This document shows, in pieces, positions 16,852 through 24,383 of a stretch of 64,000 nucleotides of DNA. Numbering within the stretch: position 1 is the stretch's first letter; each line of letters opens with the position of its first letter. The DNA is taken from the IMG/VR virus record IMGVR_UViG_3300042564_004235. One strand, 5' to 3'. The translations under genes were made by a program, and so were the position numbers. The notes under the pieces were generated by a model. That model was not told the origin of the DNA. It ran no database searches and was given only the letters and a program-made list of their open reading frames with translations. This stretch comes from a virus. Lineage: Duplodnaviria > Heunggongvirae > Uroviricota > Caudoviricetes.

Positions 16852-17964
16852 ATGAAAAGAATTATTAGACTAACAGAATCTGATTTAACAAGAATAGTTA
16901 AACAAGTTATTCAAGAACAATCAGAACACGTTAAAAATTTATATAAATCGTGGGCCAATAAAAGGAGTGGGAATCCCGAAAAAGCATTATCAATTATTGA
17001 TGATGTTTTTAAATACCAAAAACAATTATCAAAAAAAGATTTTGCTCAATATTCTTCATACGAAGAATTGGTTGGTGATTTAAATAGAATTAAACAAGCC
17101 GCCAAATCAGAGGATGCCACAAAAATTTATGAAGATAAAGATTTGTTGGTATTAAAGGCAAACACACACGAAGCAAGTTGTAAATATGGTGCAGGATCTA
17201 AATGGTGTACAACCGCAAAAGATGATAGTTCATATTGGAGAAGACATAATGATACTGGAACTGAGTTCTTTTGGATATTCAAAAATAAACCACAAGATGA
17301 TCCGAATCATAAATTTTCTTATCACGTAAAAATAACTGGAGAGCCTGATTGGTGTAATGCGGTTAATAATTGTATGTCAACTTCAAGATTATCTGAAGAG
17401 TCTTATCCAAAGAAACATCCAAGATATACTGAAATTATTGAAAAATTACAAGAAATTCATGATGCTAGAGGATTGAAAGCACCAGAAAAAAGTGAAAGAC
17501 AACGACTTATTAATCAAATTGTAGATTGGGTTAGTGAAAATTTTGATGAAATTGAACCTATAATCCTTGATAATGATACTATTAATGATATTGTAAACAA
17601 TTGTACTTCATTTTTTTTAGATAGTGATGTATATGATTATTTACCATTTGATATAGATTTAGATGATGAAGACGCGACAGATGAATTTATCAGTAATTTA
17701 GAAAAAGAAATAAGAAACAATTTTGTACCAGATGTTGATGGGTCATCATTTGAAATTATTCATGGTTTATCGTGGTTAATTAATGATAATTTTGAAGACC
17801 CAATTGATTACTTAAACGCACACACACCGGAAGAGGTAATTAATGAATTAGGTGAAATGGATTCAAGAGGTCTTGAAGAAATTATTAATGAAGTACTTTA
17901 TGGTGGAATTACAGATCAATTAGTAGATTTCACTCTATATTACGGAGATAATTATCAACCATAA
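16852..17964 (+). CDS. leader-family protein (370 aa)
   Basis: N-terminus [22 protein letters not shown]. Acidic C-terminal half. Confidence 0.55.
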   Translation: MKRIIRLTESDLTRIVKQVIQEQSEHVKNLYKSWANKRSGNPEKALSIIDDVFKYQKQLSKKDFAQYSSYEELVGDLNRIKQAAKSEDATKIYEDKDLLVLKANTHEASCKYGAGSKWCTTAKDDSSYWRRHNDTGTEFFWIFKNKPQDDPNHKFSYHVKITGEPDWCNAVNNCMSTSRLSEESYPKKHPRYTEIIEKLQEIHDARGLKAPEKSERQRLINQIVDWVSENFDEIEPIILDNDTINDIVNNCTSFFLDSDVYDYLPFDIDLDDEDATDEFISNLEKEIRNNFVPDVDGSSFEIIHGLSWLINDNFEDPIDYLNAHTPEEVINELGEMDSRGLEEIINEVLYGGITDQLVDFTLYYGDNYQP

Positions 17965-18267
17965 TATTTGATTAATTAAAAAATAAGTTATATATTTGTA
18001 TTGTGATTGGTTGATGACTCCCACCGGTAAAATAGGTTGAGTCTCCCACACAAAAAACTGGGTTTGGCCACCCGGAGGTTAGCTAACCAAAAATTAACGA
18101 GGGTTAAGGTATGTGTCCCCATTATACACGATTTTGGGTTTTGATACAAGGAAGGTTGGACACTAATTCGTGATTAAATGTGTTCTTGTAGTTAATTTTA
18201 TTTTAAAAAAACTTGACACTTTTGAAAAGTAGCATATATTTATAAGACAAAACAAATAAAAACGCAA

Positions 18268-18342
18268 ATGAAAAATTTACATATCATACTATTAGGCGGA
18301 TTGGCGATAGCTGAGGATCGTTCCTTTAGGGAGGTGGTATGA
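18268..18342 (+). CDS. tiny hydrophobic peptide ORF (24 aa), speculative
   Basis: Hand translation MKNLHIILLGGLAIAEDRSFREVV. Followed by a strong terminator at 18367-18398. Confidence 0.2.
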   Translation: MKNLHIILLGGLAIAEDRSFREVV

Positions 18343-18366
18343 TAATTTAATACATAATAAATTTTG

Positions 18367-18398
18367 AAACCCATCTCCAAAAGAGGTGGGTTTTTTTG
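18367..18398 (+). terminator. rho-independent terminator
   Basis: aaacccatctccaaaagaggtgggttt hairpin followed by tttttt. Confidence 0.65.
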
Positions 18399-18419
18399 TT
18401 TAAGGGTATTGTGGAATTA

Positions 18420-18468
18420 AAAGTTTTTTGTAACTTTGTAAAACAAAAGAGGTTCTTTGACATAATGG
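18420..18468 (+). promoter_or_regulatory. promoter module (taacTTTGtaaaacaa ... ggttctttgacata) upstream of tRNA-Leu
   Basis: Same TTTGTAAAACAA plus GGTTCTTTGA(C/A)AT module as at 5764, 18612 and 13018. Confidence 0.45.
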
Positions 18469-18481
18469 TGATGAATAAAAT

Positions 18482-18565
18482 GGTTCGGTGGTGGAATTGG
18501 TATACACGACAGGTTTAAGCCCTGTTGCCCTTTGAGGCTTGTGGGTTCGAGTCCCACTCGGACTA
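18482..18565 (+). tRNA. tRNA-Leu (TAA), type II
   Basis: Acceptor GGTTCGG/TCGGACT (3 G:U), D-stem GTG/CAC, anticodon arm ACAGG-ttTAAgc-CCTGT perfect, 15-nt variable arm, T-arm GTGGG-TTCGAGT-CCCAC. Confidence 0.6.
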
Positions 18566-18584
18566 CAGAAAAAAAGTTTAAAAA

Positions 18585-18625
18585 AGATTTGGCAGATTAA
18601 AAAAGATTATATATCTTTGTAAAAC
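18585..18625 (+). promoter_or_regulatory. Bacteroidetes-type promoter (aaaaagtttaaaaaagatttggcagatt ... tatcTTTGtaaaacaa)
   Basis: Near-identical to the modules at 13425 and 19835. Confidence 0.5.
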
Positions 18626-18759
18626 AAATAAGGAAAAAAGGTTCTTTGAAATATTAAAAATATGTGGTTGTAAGAAACGGGAAACTCGTAAAGTGCATTA
18701 ACCTGTTGACTCAAGATGGTGAAACGAGAGTTTGAGTCAACTACTAAACTACAAATTAT

Positions 18760-18833
18760 GGTGCGGTAGCTCAGTTGGTAGAGCAAGGAGACGGAAACCT
18801 CCTGTGCCGATGGTTCGATTCCATTCCCACACC
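18760..18833 (+). tRNA. non-canonical tRNA-like (8-nt anticodon loop), possible pseudogene
   Basis: Canonical D-arm GCTC-agttggta-GAGC and T-arm GATGG-TTCGATT-CCATT. The only stable anticodon helix AGGAG/CTCCT leaves an 8-nt loop acggaaac. Acceptor GGTGCGG/CCACACC has a C:A mismatch and needs one extra nt after the T-stem. Confidence 0.35.
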
Positions 18834-18842
18834 ACAAACATA

Positions 18843-18925
18843 GCGGGATAGTCAGTAGTTGGTAGCTAGCGAGGCTCATAACCTTGTGTCGAAAGGCCCC
18901 GGTGGTTCGAGTCCACCTCCCGCAA
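18843..18925 (+). tRNA. tRNA-like, CAT-anticodon hairpin, irregular
   Basis: Clean T-arm GGTGG-TTCGAGT-CCACC and hairpin CGAGG-ctCATaa-CCTTG. D-region and a 14-nt stretch before the T-arm do not fit a standard cloverleaf. Confidence 0.3.
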
Positions 18926-18928
18926 CAA

Positions 18929-19007
18929 GTGTTGTTCCCTTGAGAAAGGAATGTAGGAGTAACAAATATAGACGTTAACAACACCGAGGAACTCAACCTC
19001 AAATTTG
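18929..19007. repeat. repeat A (structured element, copy 1 of 2)
   Basis: gtgttgttcccttgagaaaggaa ... aacaacac ... caacctcaaattt. The 8-bp helix GTGTTGTT/AACAACAC is preserved in copy B at 20255-20357 despite different internal length. Confidence 0.5.
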
Positions 19008-19087
19008 CTGATGTACCAGTGGACGCTTATATCGTCCATACCTGTAGCGGTAAGTTGAAAACGTTGGTTCGAATCCAACCGTCAGTA
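19007..19087 (+). ncRNA. tRNA-like fragment (acceptor plus perfect T-arm; internal arms unresolved)
   Basis: Acceptor GCTGATG/CGTCAGT (2 G:U) and T-arm GTTGG-TTCGAAT-CCAAC. Internal hairpin GGACG-cttatat-CGTCC, but no D-arm can be placed. Confidence 0.25.
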
Positions 19088-19303
19088 CGGGAGTGTAGAC
19101 AGTAGAGTTCTGTCAGAGAGAAGAGGGTGACACGCACTTAAAATAGGGGTCACAAGGCATCTGACCGTTTAGTAGTTTTGGGCGATAAAAACTAACGTTT
19201 TGTGGAGATAGTTTAACGTATAAACTTACACCCGTGTTGTTAGTAGGTTTGATCACCCCATTCACGTTAAGTGACGAAACTACCCAAGGAGTAGTCACAC
19301 TTC

Positions 19304-19375
19304 GCAGGTATCGTATAACGGTTATTACTTCTGACTTCCAATCAGAAGATCTCGGTTCGATTCCGGGTACCTGCT
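19304..19375 (+). tRNA. tRNA-Gly (TCC)
   Basis: Acceptor GCAGGTA/TACCTGC perfect, D-arm GTAT-aacggtta-TTAC, anticodon arm TCTGA-ctTCCaa-TCAGA perfect, T-arm CTCGG-TTCGATT-CCGGG. Confidence 0.75.
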
Positions 19376-19544
19376 CAAATAAACCTTACAGAAGTCCGAA
19401 TAGCGCGGATGAAAGGAACCTTGGCTCTCATAGGATCGCAACCTTTACGGAGAGTTTGAATGTCCCAAGGTACTCTGTAATGGACCCTGCTCTGATGTGC
19501 ACGTCAACAGGTGATGGGGAACAAACCATCGATCAAATCCAAAC

Positions 19545-19577
19545 CCGTGGTGAGCACGGAAGGTTTATTTTTTTTTA
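19545..19577 (+). terminator. rho-independent terminator
   Basis: ccgtggtgagcacgg hairpin followed by aaggtttattttttttt. Closes a ~190-nt GC-rich non-coding unit downstream of tRNA-Gly. Confidence 0.5.
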
Positions 19578-19744
19578 TGGGCCTGATGCCGACGGCAGGT
19601 CGACTGATTTGCAATCAGATCGTTTGGGTTCGATTCCCACAGTGTCCACGAAGACCGGAGTAATTAACCGAGTCCTAACAAGAAGATGGGTCATATATCA
19701 CAGTGTAGTTTGGTACCAATAATTCCTGTCTGTCCTCTTGAATA

Positions 19745-19817
19745 ACTACTTATGGTGTAAATGGAGAGCACGTCGGCACCTAGCCGGAAGATGTAGGTTC
19801 GAGTCCTATGGGTAGTT
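19745..19817 (+). tRNA. tRNA-like, possible Arg(CCT) with A33, irregular D-arm
   Basis: 73 nt. Acceptor ACTACTT/GGGTAGT (2 G:U), T-arm GTAGG-TTCGAGT-CCTAT, anticodon hairpin GTCGG-caCCTag-CCGGA. Position 33 is A rather than U. Confidence 0.3.
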
Positions 19818-19834
19818 CAAAAAAAGTTTAAAAA

Positions 19835-19872
19835 AGATTTGGTAGATTGAAATAAAATACCTATCTTTGTGA
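19835..19872 (+). promoter_or_regulatory. Bacteroidetes-type promoter driving tRNA-Glu
   Basis: aaaaagtttaaaaaagatttggtagattgaaataaaatacctatctttgtgag. tRNA-Glu starts ~12 nt after the -7 box. Confidence 0.5.
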
Positions 19873-19880
19873 GAGTTAAA

Positions 19881-19954
19881 CGCCCGTTGGACAAGCGGTT
19901 TAAGTCGTCTCCCTTTCACGGAGAAGATCATGGGTTCGATTCCCATACGGGTGA
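19881..19954 (+). tRNA. tRNA-Glu (TTC)
   Basis: Acceptor CGCCCGT/ACGGGTG, anticodon arm TCTCC-ctTTCac-GGAGA perfect, T-arm ATGGG-TTCGATT-CCCAT. Confidence 0.75.
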
Positions 19955-20016
19955 CAATAGGACGAACAACGCGACCGCAGGAGTTGTACCTTTATGGTTT
20001 TGTAATGTGGTTTTTT

Positions 20017-20088
20017 GGTCCATTGGTGTAACGGCTAACATATATCCCTGTCACGGATATGCTTCGGGTTCGATTCCCGGATGGACCG
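20017..20088 (+). tRNA. tRNA-Asp (GTC)
   Basis: Acceptor GGTCCAT/ATGGACC perfect, anticodon arm TATCC-ctGTCac-GGATA perfect, T-arm TCGGG-TTCGATT-CCCGG. Confidence 0.75.
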
Positions 20089-20108
20089 CACAAAGTGTTC
20101 TTTGAAAA

Positions 20109-20250
20109 TATTGATAGTGGACGCCTCTACTTATGTTGTCGACGAACTAGGTAGGTCAAGGATAGTCATCACCCTTCTGCCGGTGCACCCTAAAACTCGG
20201 GCAAGCAGTTAAGATTGGAGCGAGACCGGGTACTCCATCACTATCAATAA
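20109..20250 (+). ncRNA. candidate structured RNA element closed by a long-range helix
   Basis: tattgatagtgga ... tccatcactatcaata terminal inverted repeat around ~140 nt of GC-rich non-coding sequence. Confidence 0.2.
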
Positions 20251-20254
20251 TATT

Positions 20255-20357
20255 GTGTTGTTCCCTTGAGAAAGGAAATATAAAGATGAGTGACATTACT
20301 TGAATTATGGAAAACATAATCGTACACTACAACACAGAGGATTTCAACCTCAAATTT
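20255..20357. repeat. repeat B (structured element, copy 2 of 2)
   Basis: Shares gtgttgttcccttgagaaaggaa, the closing helix partner acaacac and caacctcaaattt with copy A. Lies directly upstream of the nuclease-like gene. Confidence 0.5.
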
Positions 20358-20494
20358 GGTAAATGTAATTAGGAGGTAAAAGTGAAATTCTTACCTTAAT
20401 TAGTGTAGGTGTATCAGCAACCTAATTACATTACCTTTATAATCAGGTAACACCTTTGTCCTGTATTGTGATATTTATTAATAAACTAAATATT

Positions 20495-20881
20495 ATGAAA
20501 ACACAAGGTGATAATGCTGAACTTAAATTTATGTTATTCAGTTATGAATTAGGATATATAATATCAAAACCATTTGGGGATAATAGTAAGTATGATTTAA
20601 TAATTGATAACGGAGATTCTTTAGAAAGAATACAAATAAAATCAACAAGTAGAAAAGACACTTCATCCGGAATGGATTGTTATAGTTGTTCTGTTTGCTC
20701 AGGGTCAAAATTGAAAAAAAAATATAACGAAAAAGATGTTGACTTTATTGTTATTTATGTGATACCTGAAAATACTTGGTATAAAATACCAACAAAAGAA
20801 ATAAAAGGAAAGACAGTAAAATTATACCCCCATAGGAAATCACAAAGAAACACCTATGAAAAGTATAGAATCTTGTCCTGA
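20495..20881 (+). CDS. PD-(D/E)xK-like nuclease with Zn-ribbon insert (tentative)
   Basis: First ATG in good context is 20495 (MKTQGDNAELKF). Pattern E..(20)..YDLIID..(8)..ERIQIKS resembles D...(D/E)xK cores. CYSCSVCSG Cys cluster. Confidence 0.35.
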   Translation: MKTQGDNAELKFMLFSYELGYIISKPFGDNSKYDLIIDNGDSLERIQIKSTSRKDTSSGMDCYSCSVCSGSKLKKKYNEKDVDFIVIYVIPENTWYKIPTKEIKGKTVKLYPHRKSQRNTYEKYRILS

Positions 20882-20934
20882 CTACGTGGGAAAGATTCAT
20901 CCCGAAATTAGAACATGGATCACAAACACGTAAA

Positions 20935-21007
20935 CCTAAGTACCCATACCGCTGACGGTGGGCTAAGTAAGATACAATTTCGTACCGCGGGAAGTAGAAT
21001 GCTTAGG
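20935..21007. repeat. tRNA-sized structured element C (paralog of D)
   Basis: 73 nt closed by CCTAAGT/GCTTAGG. Shares gggctaagt.a.atacaatt and gggagtagaatgctt with D. Confidence 0.45.
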
Positions 21008-21108
21008 AGCGTGTTTTTAAATTATAAAAAATTATGACACCATTATTGTTTTTAATATTTATTTTATTTATCTTTGGGGTAAGAAAAAGAAGATAAGTTT
21101 TTGATAAA

Positions 21109-21184
21109 CTCAAGTACCTGTACAGCGGTGAGTAACGGGCTAAGTTATATACAATTCCTCGGAGCTGGGAGTAGAATGCTTGAG
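21109..21184. repeat. tRNA-sized structured element D (paralog of C)
   Basis: 76 nt closed by CTCAAGT/GCTTGAG, a compensatory double change relative to C that keeps the terminal helix. Confidence 0.45.
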
Positions 21185-21195
21185 AGTCAAAGGTT

Positions 21196-21311
21196 GGTCA
21201 GGAGCGTAATGAGGCACGGTGCCGAGTCCTAAAAGTACCACGGTCCATAAGCAATTGGACGCGAGAAACTATAAAGGTTGCTCATTGTGGGTTCGAATCC
21301 CACCCTGACAT
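21196..21311 (+). ncRNA. 116-nt tRNA-like element with internal insertion
   Basis: Acceptor GGTCAGG/CCTGACA (one mismatch at 1:72) and perfect T-arm GTGGG-TTCGAAT-CCCAC. About 45 nt of excess internal sequence with hairpins GGCA-cgg-TGCC and GTCC..GGAC. Confidence 0.3.
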
Positions 21312-21476
21312 CACCGGTTACTTGATTCCTGGTAGTAGAGTAACAACCATTGGGGAATTCGGGATGTCCCGCGAATGGTGGTGTAAGATAAGAGAAACTT
21401 ACAACGGTAGAGTACCATAAACAAAAGAAACAAGACGTAGAGGTGACTCTGCGTTGGCGCAAATCTCTACCAACTT

Positions 21477-21568
21477 AGTCAGGTTGGTACAAGGTCGGTT
21501 CGAGTCCGATGGAAGGTCATGGATGTCGGGTAGCTCCCTGTAGAGAGGTTCGATTCCTCTCCTGACTA
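21477..21568 (+). ncRNA. 92-nt tRNA-like element (possible type II; internal Ser(CGA)-like hairpin)
   Basis: Perfect acceptor AGTCAGG/CCTGACT and T-arm AGAGG-TTCGATT-CCTCT. Internal hairpin GTCGG-ttCGAgt-CCGAT. Arms cannot be placed unambiguously. Confidence 0.3.
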
Positions 21569-21607
21569 CACTTGACATTATTAAATTAATGTCTTATTAT
21601 TATACAA

Positions 21608-21680
21608 AACCGGGTAGCTCAGCTGGTAGAGCAATCCTTTTTAAACAGGACGTGTCATTGGTTCAATCCCTTTCCCGGTT
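21608..21680 (+). tRNA. degenerate tRNA-like (perfect acceptor and D-arm, weak anticodon and T stems)
   Basis: Acceptor AACCGGG/CCCGGTT, canonical TA-GCTC-agctggta-GAGC. Anticodon region only pairs as TCCT/AGGA with an 8-nt loop ttttaaac. T-stem ATTGG/CCTTT is poor. Followed by a T-run. Confidence 0.35.
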
Positions 21681-21705
21681 TTTTTATTTATAAAATTAAA
21701 ATATT

Positions 21706-21912
21706 ATGAAAAAGTTTCTTTTATTGGTTTTGTCTTATGTTCTGTCATTCAGTATTGTTTGGATTGGTTTGGGGTTGTTCAAATACTATTTGGAATCAGA
21801 ATCATCAATCGGAACTTTTTTAATTGGATTAGTTGGTTTTTTCGTTGCCATTAATCCTGCTATGGATGTATGGGAAAAATTATTCAAACGCTGGTTTAAA
21901 ATCAAAGAATAA
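21706..21912 (+). CDS. small membrane protein
   Basis: Two hydrophobic segments (LLLVLSYVLSFSIVWIGLGLF and FLIGLVGFFVAINPAM). Confidence 0.45.
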   Translation: MKKFLLLVLSYVLSFSIVWIGLGLFKYYLESESSIGTFLIGLVGFFVAINPAMDVWEKLFKRWFKIKE

Positions 21913-22094
21913 TAATTTAATAGTATGATCCACTCAAGAGGAGTGTTGGAACGGAGTTTGTTAATCTATTTATAAAAAAAACACTATGGAAATAATTATC
22001 GCATGTTTAGTACCGATCGCGTTGATAGGTATTATGGTAGTATCTTATTTGACCTACAAGGGGAGATAAAAAAAGGGACCGAAGTCCCTTTATG

Positions 22095-22703
22095 TTATTT
22101 AATGTCTGTTGACTCTATTAGAGTATATGAAAACTTGTTTCCGTGAATTTTAGATGCCTTCTTACATAAAGACATAAACACATCAAAGTCTTTTACTCTT
22201 TTAAATACTTGACAACCCTCACTCCAATTTTCTACCCACTGAGAGTCTTGACCTGCTTTGTGGATGTTAATACCAAAAATACCTGTATCAGTTTTTGTTT
22301 CTTCAAAAATAAGGTCTTTGTTTACATCTCTCCAAACAGTTACATTACCAAGTCTTTGACAAAGAGCTTCGTATTTTCCTTGATGCAAATCAATTTTCCA
22401 TACGCCTCTGTATTGTCCCGGTACTAATCTTGCAACACCATTTTTGTTATGGAATTGTTGTACACCCTTTTTACCTGGATCACATGTTGCCATCCAACAA
22501 TAGTATTGCCAAGCACCTTTTTCATCTTTAAATGATAATGTAAGGTGATCATCAAACACGTTTGTTACTTTTTTTGCAACTGAAGGTGCGTTATTTCTTA
22601 CTCCTACGATATTCACATCGTAACTTTTGTTGTTTGCGTCTTCAAACCAAACATACCCTTTGGCTTTTACGGCAGCCTCAACCTGTTCTCTTGTGTAACT
22701 CAT
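22095..22703 (-). CDS. hypothetical protein with L,D-transpeptidase-like (YkuD-type) His/Cys motif
   Basis: GINIHKAG ...(~16 aa)... SEGCQVFKR resembles the YkuD catalytic signature H..S.GC.R. Only minus-strand gene in this region. Confidence 0.4.
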   Translation of the reverse strand: MSYTREQVEAAVKAKGYVWFEDANNKSYDVNIVGVRNNAPSVAKKVTNVFDDHLTLSFKDEKGAWQYYCWMATCDPGKKGVQQFHNKNGVARLVPGQYRGVWKIDLHQGKYEALCQRLGNVTVWRDVNKDLIFEETKTDTGIFGINIHKAGQDSQWVENWSEGCQVFKRVKDFDVFMSLCKKASKIHGNKFSYTLIESTDIK

Positions 22704-22770
22704 AATAATTAATTTTCATTATAAATATTGTGATTTTTGAAAAGTAAAGAGTTAAGGTATATTTATTAAT

Positions 22771-24369
22771 ATGATTAAAAAACGTAAACTATTAATAATA
22801 CCATCTGTAATATTGATGGTTATTTTTCTTTTAACTAAAATTTTTGTTTTATCGGGTCTTATTGAAGCCACTGATATAACAAGAATTATTGAGATATCTT
22901 GCTTTTTATTATTTTCCCCATTATTTTATTTCTTAATGAAATCTCAAACCGTAGAATTAAAAGGTGAATTATTAAAACAAATAAAAGATAGTGAGGATTT
23001 TATTGATTCTGCAACCATTGTTTCTGTTGCCGATAAATACGGTAAAATTACATACGTTAATAAAAAATTTGAGGAGGTTTCAGGTTGGTCTTTAGATGAG
23101 GTTAAAGGTGAAGATCATAGTGTTGTTAACTCTGGATTACAACCTGATGGGTATTGGGGTAAGATGTATGAAACCGTTATGAAAGGTGAGATATGGAATG
23201 ATGTTGTGACCAATAAAGGAAAGTCAGGAGAACTTTATTATGTTGATACATATATTAAGGCAAAATTTGACAAGAATGGTAAGTTGGAAGGGTTTTCATC
23301 AATTAGACAAGACGTTACGGAGCTTAAGAAAAAAGAAGTGGAAATTCGTAATAGAATGAACGCAATAAATAAATCTAATGCTGTTATTGAGTTTGATTTG
23401 GAAGGAAACATAATTTTTGCTAACGAATTGTTTTTAACAACTATGGGTTATTCATCAATTGATGAAGTTGCAGGAAAACACCATAGAATTTTTATAGACG
23501 AAGACCATTCAAAAAGTGAGGAGTATTCACTTTTTTGGAAAAAATTAAATGACGGTATATTATTTACTGGTGAAATCACTAGAGTTAAAAAAGATGGTTC
23601 TTTAGTTCATCTACAAGCAACATACAATCCGATTGTTGGTTTGGATGGTAAGATTTATCGTGTTATGAAAATAGCAACAGATGTTACCAATTCTTACGAA
23701 CAAAAGAAAGAGATTGAAAAGAAAAATACCTATTTAGAACATGCGGCAAAGATATTAAGACACGATATGCACTCAGGTATCAATACATATATGCCAAGAG
23801 GGTTAAGTTCTTTAGAGAGAAGATTAAAACCCGAAGACATATCCGATTTAAAAATAGAGGCACCAATTAGAATGATTAAGGAAGGTCTTAAACATTCACA
23901 AAAAGTGTATAAAGGGGTATATGAGTTTACAAATCTTGTTAAAAAAGACGTTGTCTTAAATAAATCGGAATGTGATTTAAAAGTGATCCTATCTGATTAT
24001 CTATCATCAACCGCATATAGTAGTCAAGTTATTATTGAGGACTTACCAACAATAGAAGTAAACGAGGCGTTATTTTGTACTGCAGTAGATAACCTTATTA
24101 GGAATGGTTTAAAGTATAATGATTCTGACACTAAGTTTGTTAAAATTTATTATGATGAGAATAATATATACATTCAAGATAATGGTAGGGGAATCACACA
24201 ACAAGATTTTGATCACCTACGTAAACCATACGTAAGAAAAGAAGGACAAACAGAATCAGGTACTGGTTTGGGATTAAATATTTGCGTTGCAATTTTAGAA
24301 GAACACAGGTTTACTATTACTTGTGAGAAGAATGAAATAGGAACAAAAATGAAAATAAAAATAAAATAA
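22771..24369 (+). CDS. membrane-anchored PAS-domain sensor histidine kinase
   Basis: Two N-terminal TM helices. PAS-like repeats (GKITYVNKKFEEVSGWSLDEV, NIIFANELFLTTMGYSSIDEV). H-box AAKILRHDMHSGIN. N-box DNLIRNGLKYN. G1 DNGRGI. G2 GTGLGLNI. Confidence 0.8.
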   Translation: MIKKRKLLIIPSVILMVIFLLTKIFVLSGLIEATDITRIIEISCFLLFSPLFYFLMKSQTVELKGELLKQIKDSEDFIDSATIVSVADKYGKITYVNKKFEEVSGWSLDEVKGEDHSVVNSGLQPDGYWGKMYETVMKGEIWNDVVTNKGKSGELYYVDTYIKAKFDKNGKLEGFSSIRQDVTELKKKEVEIRNRMNAINKSNAVIEFDLEGNIIFANELFLTTMGYSSIDEVAGKHHRIFIDEDHSKSEEYSLFWKKLNDGILFTGEITRVKKDGSLVHLQATYNPIVGLDGKIYRVMKIATDVTNSYEQKKEIEKKNTYLEHAAKILRHDMHSGINTYMPRGLSSLERRLKPEDISDLKIEAPIRMIKEGLKHSQKVYKGVYEFTNLVKKDVVLNKSECDLKVILSDYLSSTAYSSQVIIEDLPTIEVNEALFCTAVDNLIRNGLKYNDSDTKFVKIYYDENNIYIQDNGRGITQQDFDHLRKPYVRKEGQTESGTGLGLNICVAILEEHRFTITCEKNEIGTKMKIKIK

Positions 24370-24383
24370 AAAAAAAGAAAAAA

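Noticed and set aside
19579-19650. tRNA-Ala(TGC)-like hairpin ACTGA-ttTGCaa-TCAGA with T-arm-like GGG-TTCGATT-CCC
   Set aside because: No complementary acceptor stem can be found on either side. Treated as a tRNA-derived fragment.
12915-21462. Track ORFs over the tRNA island: minus-strand 12915..13193, 13223..13420, 14016..14375, 14408..14623, 16534..16755, 18607..19002, 18866..19078, 19113..19298, 21229..21462; plus-strand 14198..14392, 19234..19722, 19869..20105
   Set aside because: They lie across or antisense to well-folded tRNA genes and GC-rich RNA spacers, so they are read-through artefacts of stop-poor GC-rich RNA sequence.
21608-21680. Ochre-suppressor reading (anticodon TTA) of the degenerate tRNA-like element
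   Set aside because: The 7-nt-loop register that gives TTA has almost no anticodon-stem pairing. The only stable helix gives an 8-nt loop. Probably a pseudogene or tRNA-like terminator.
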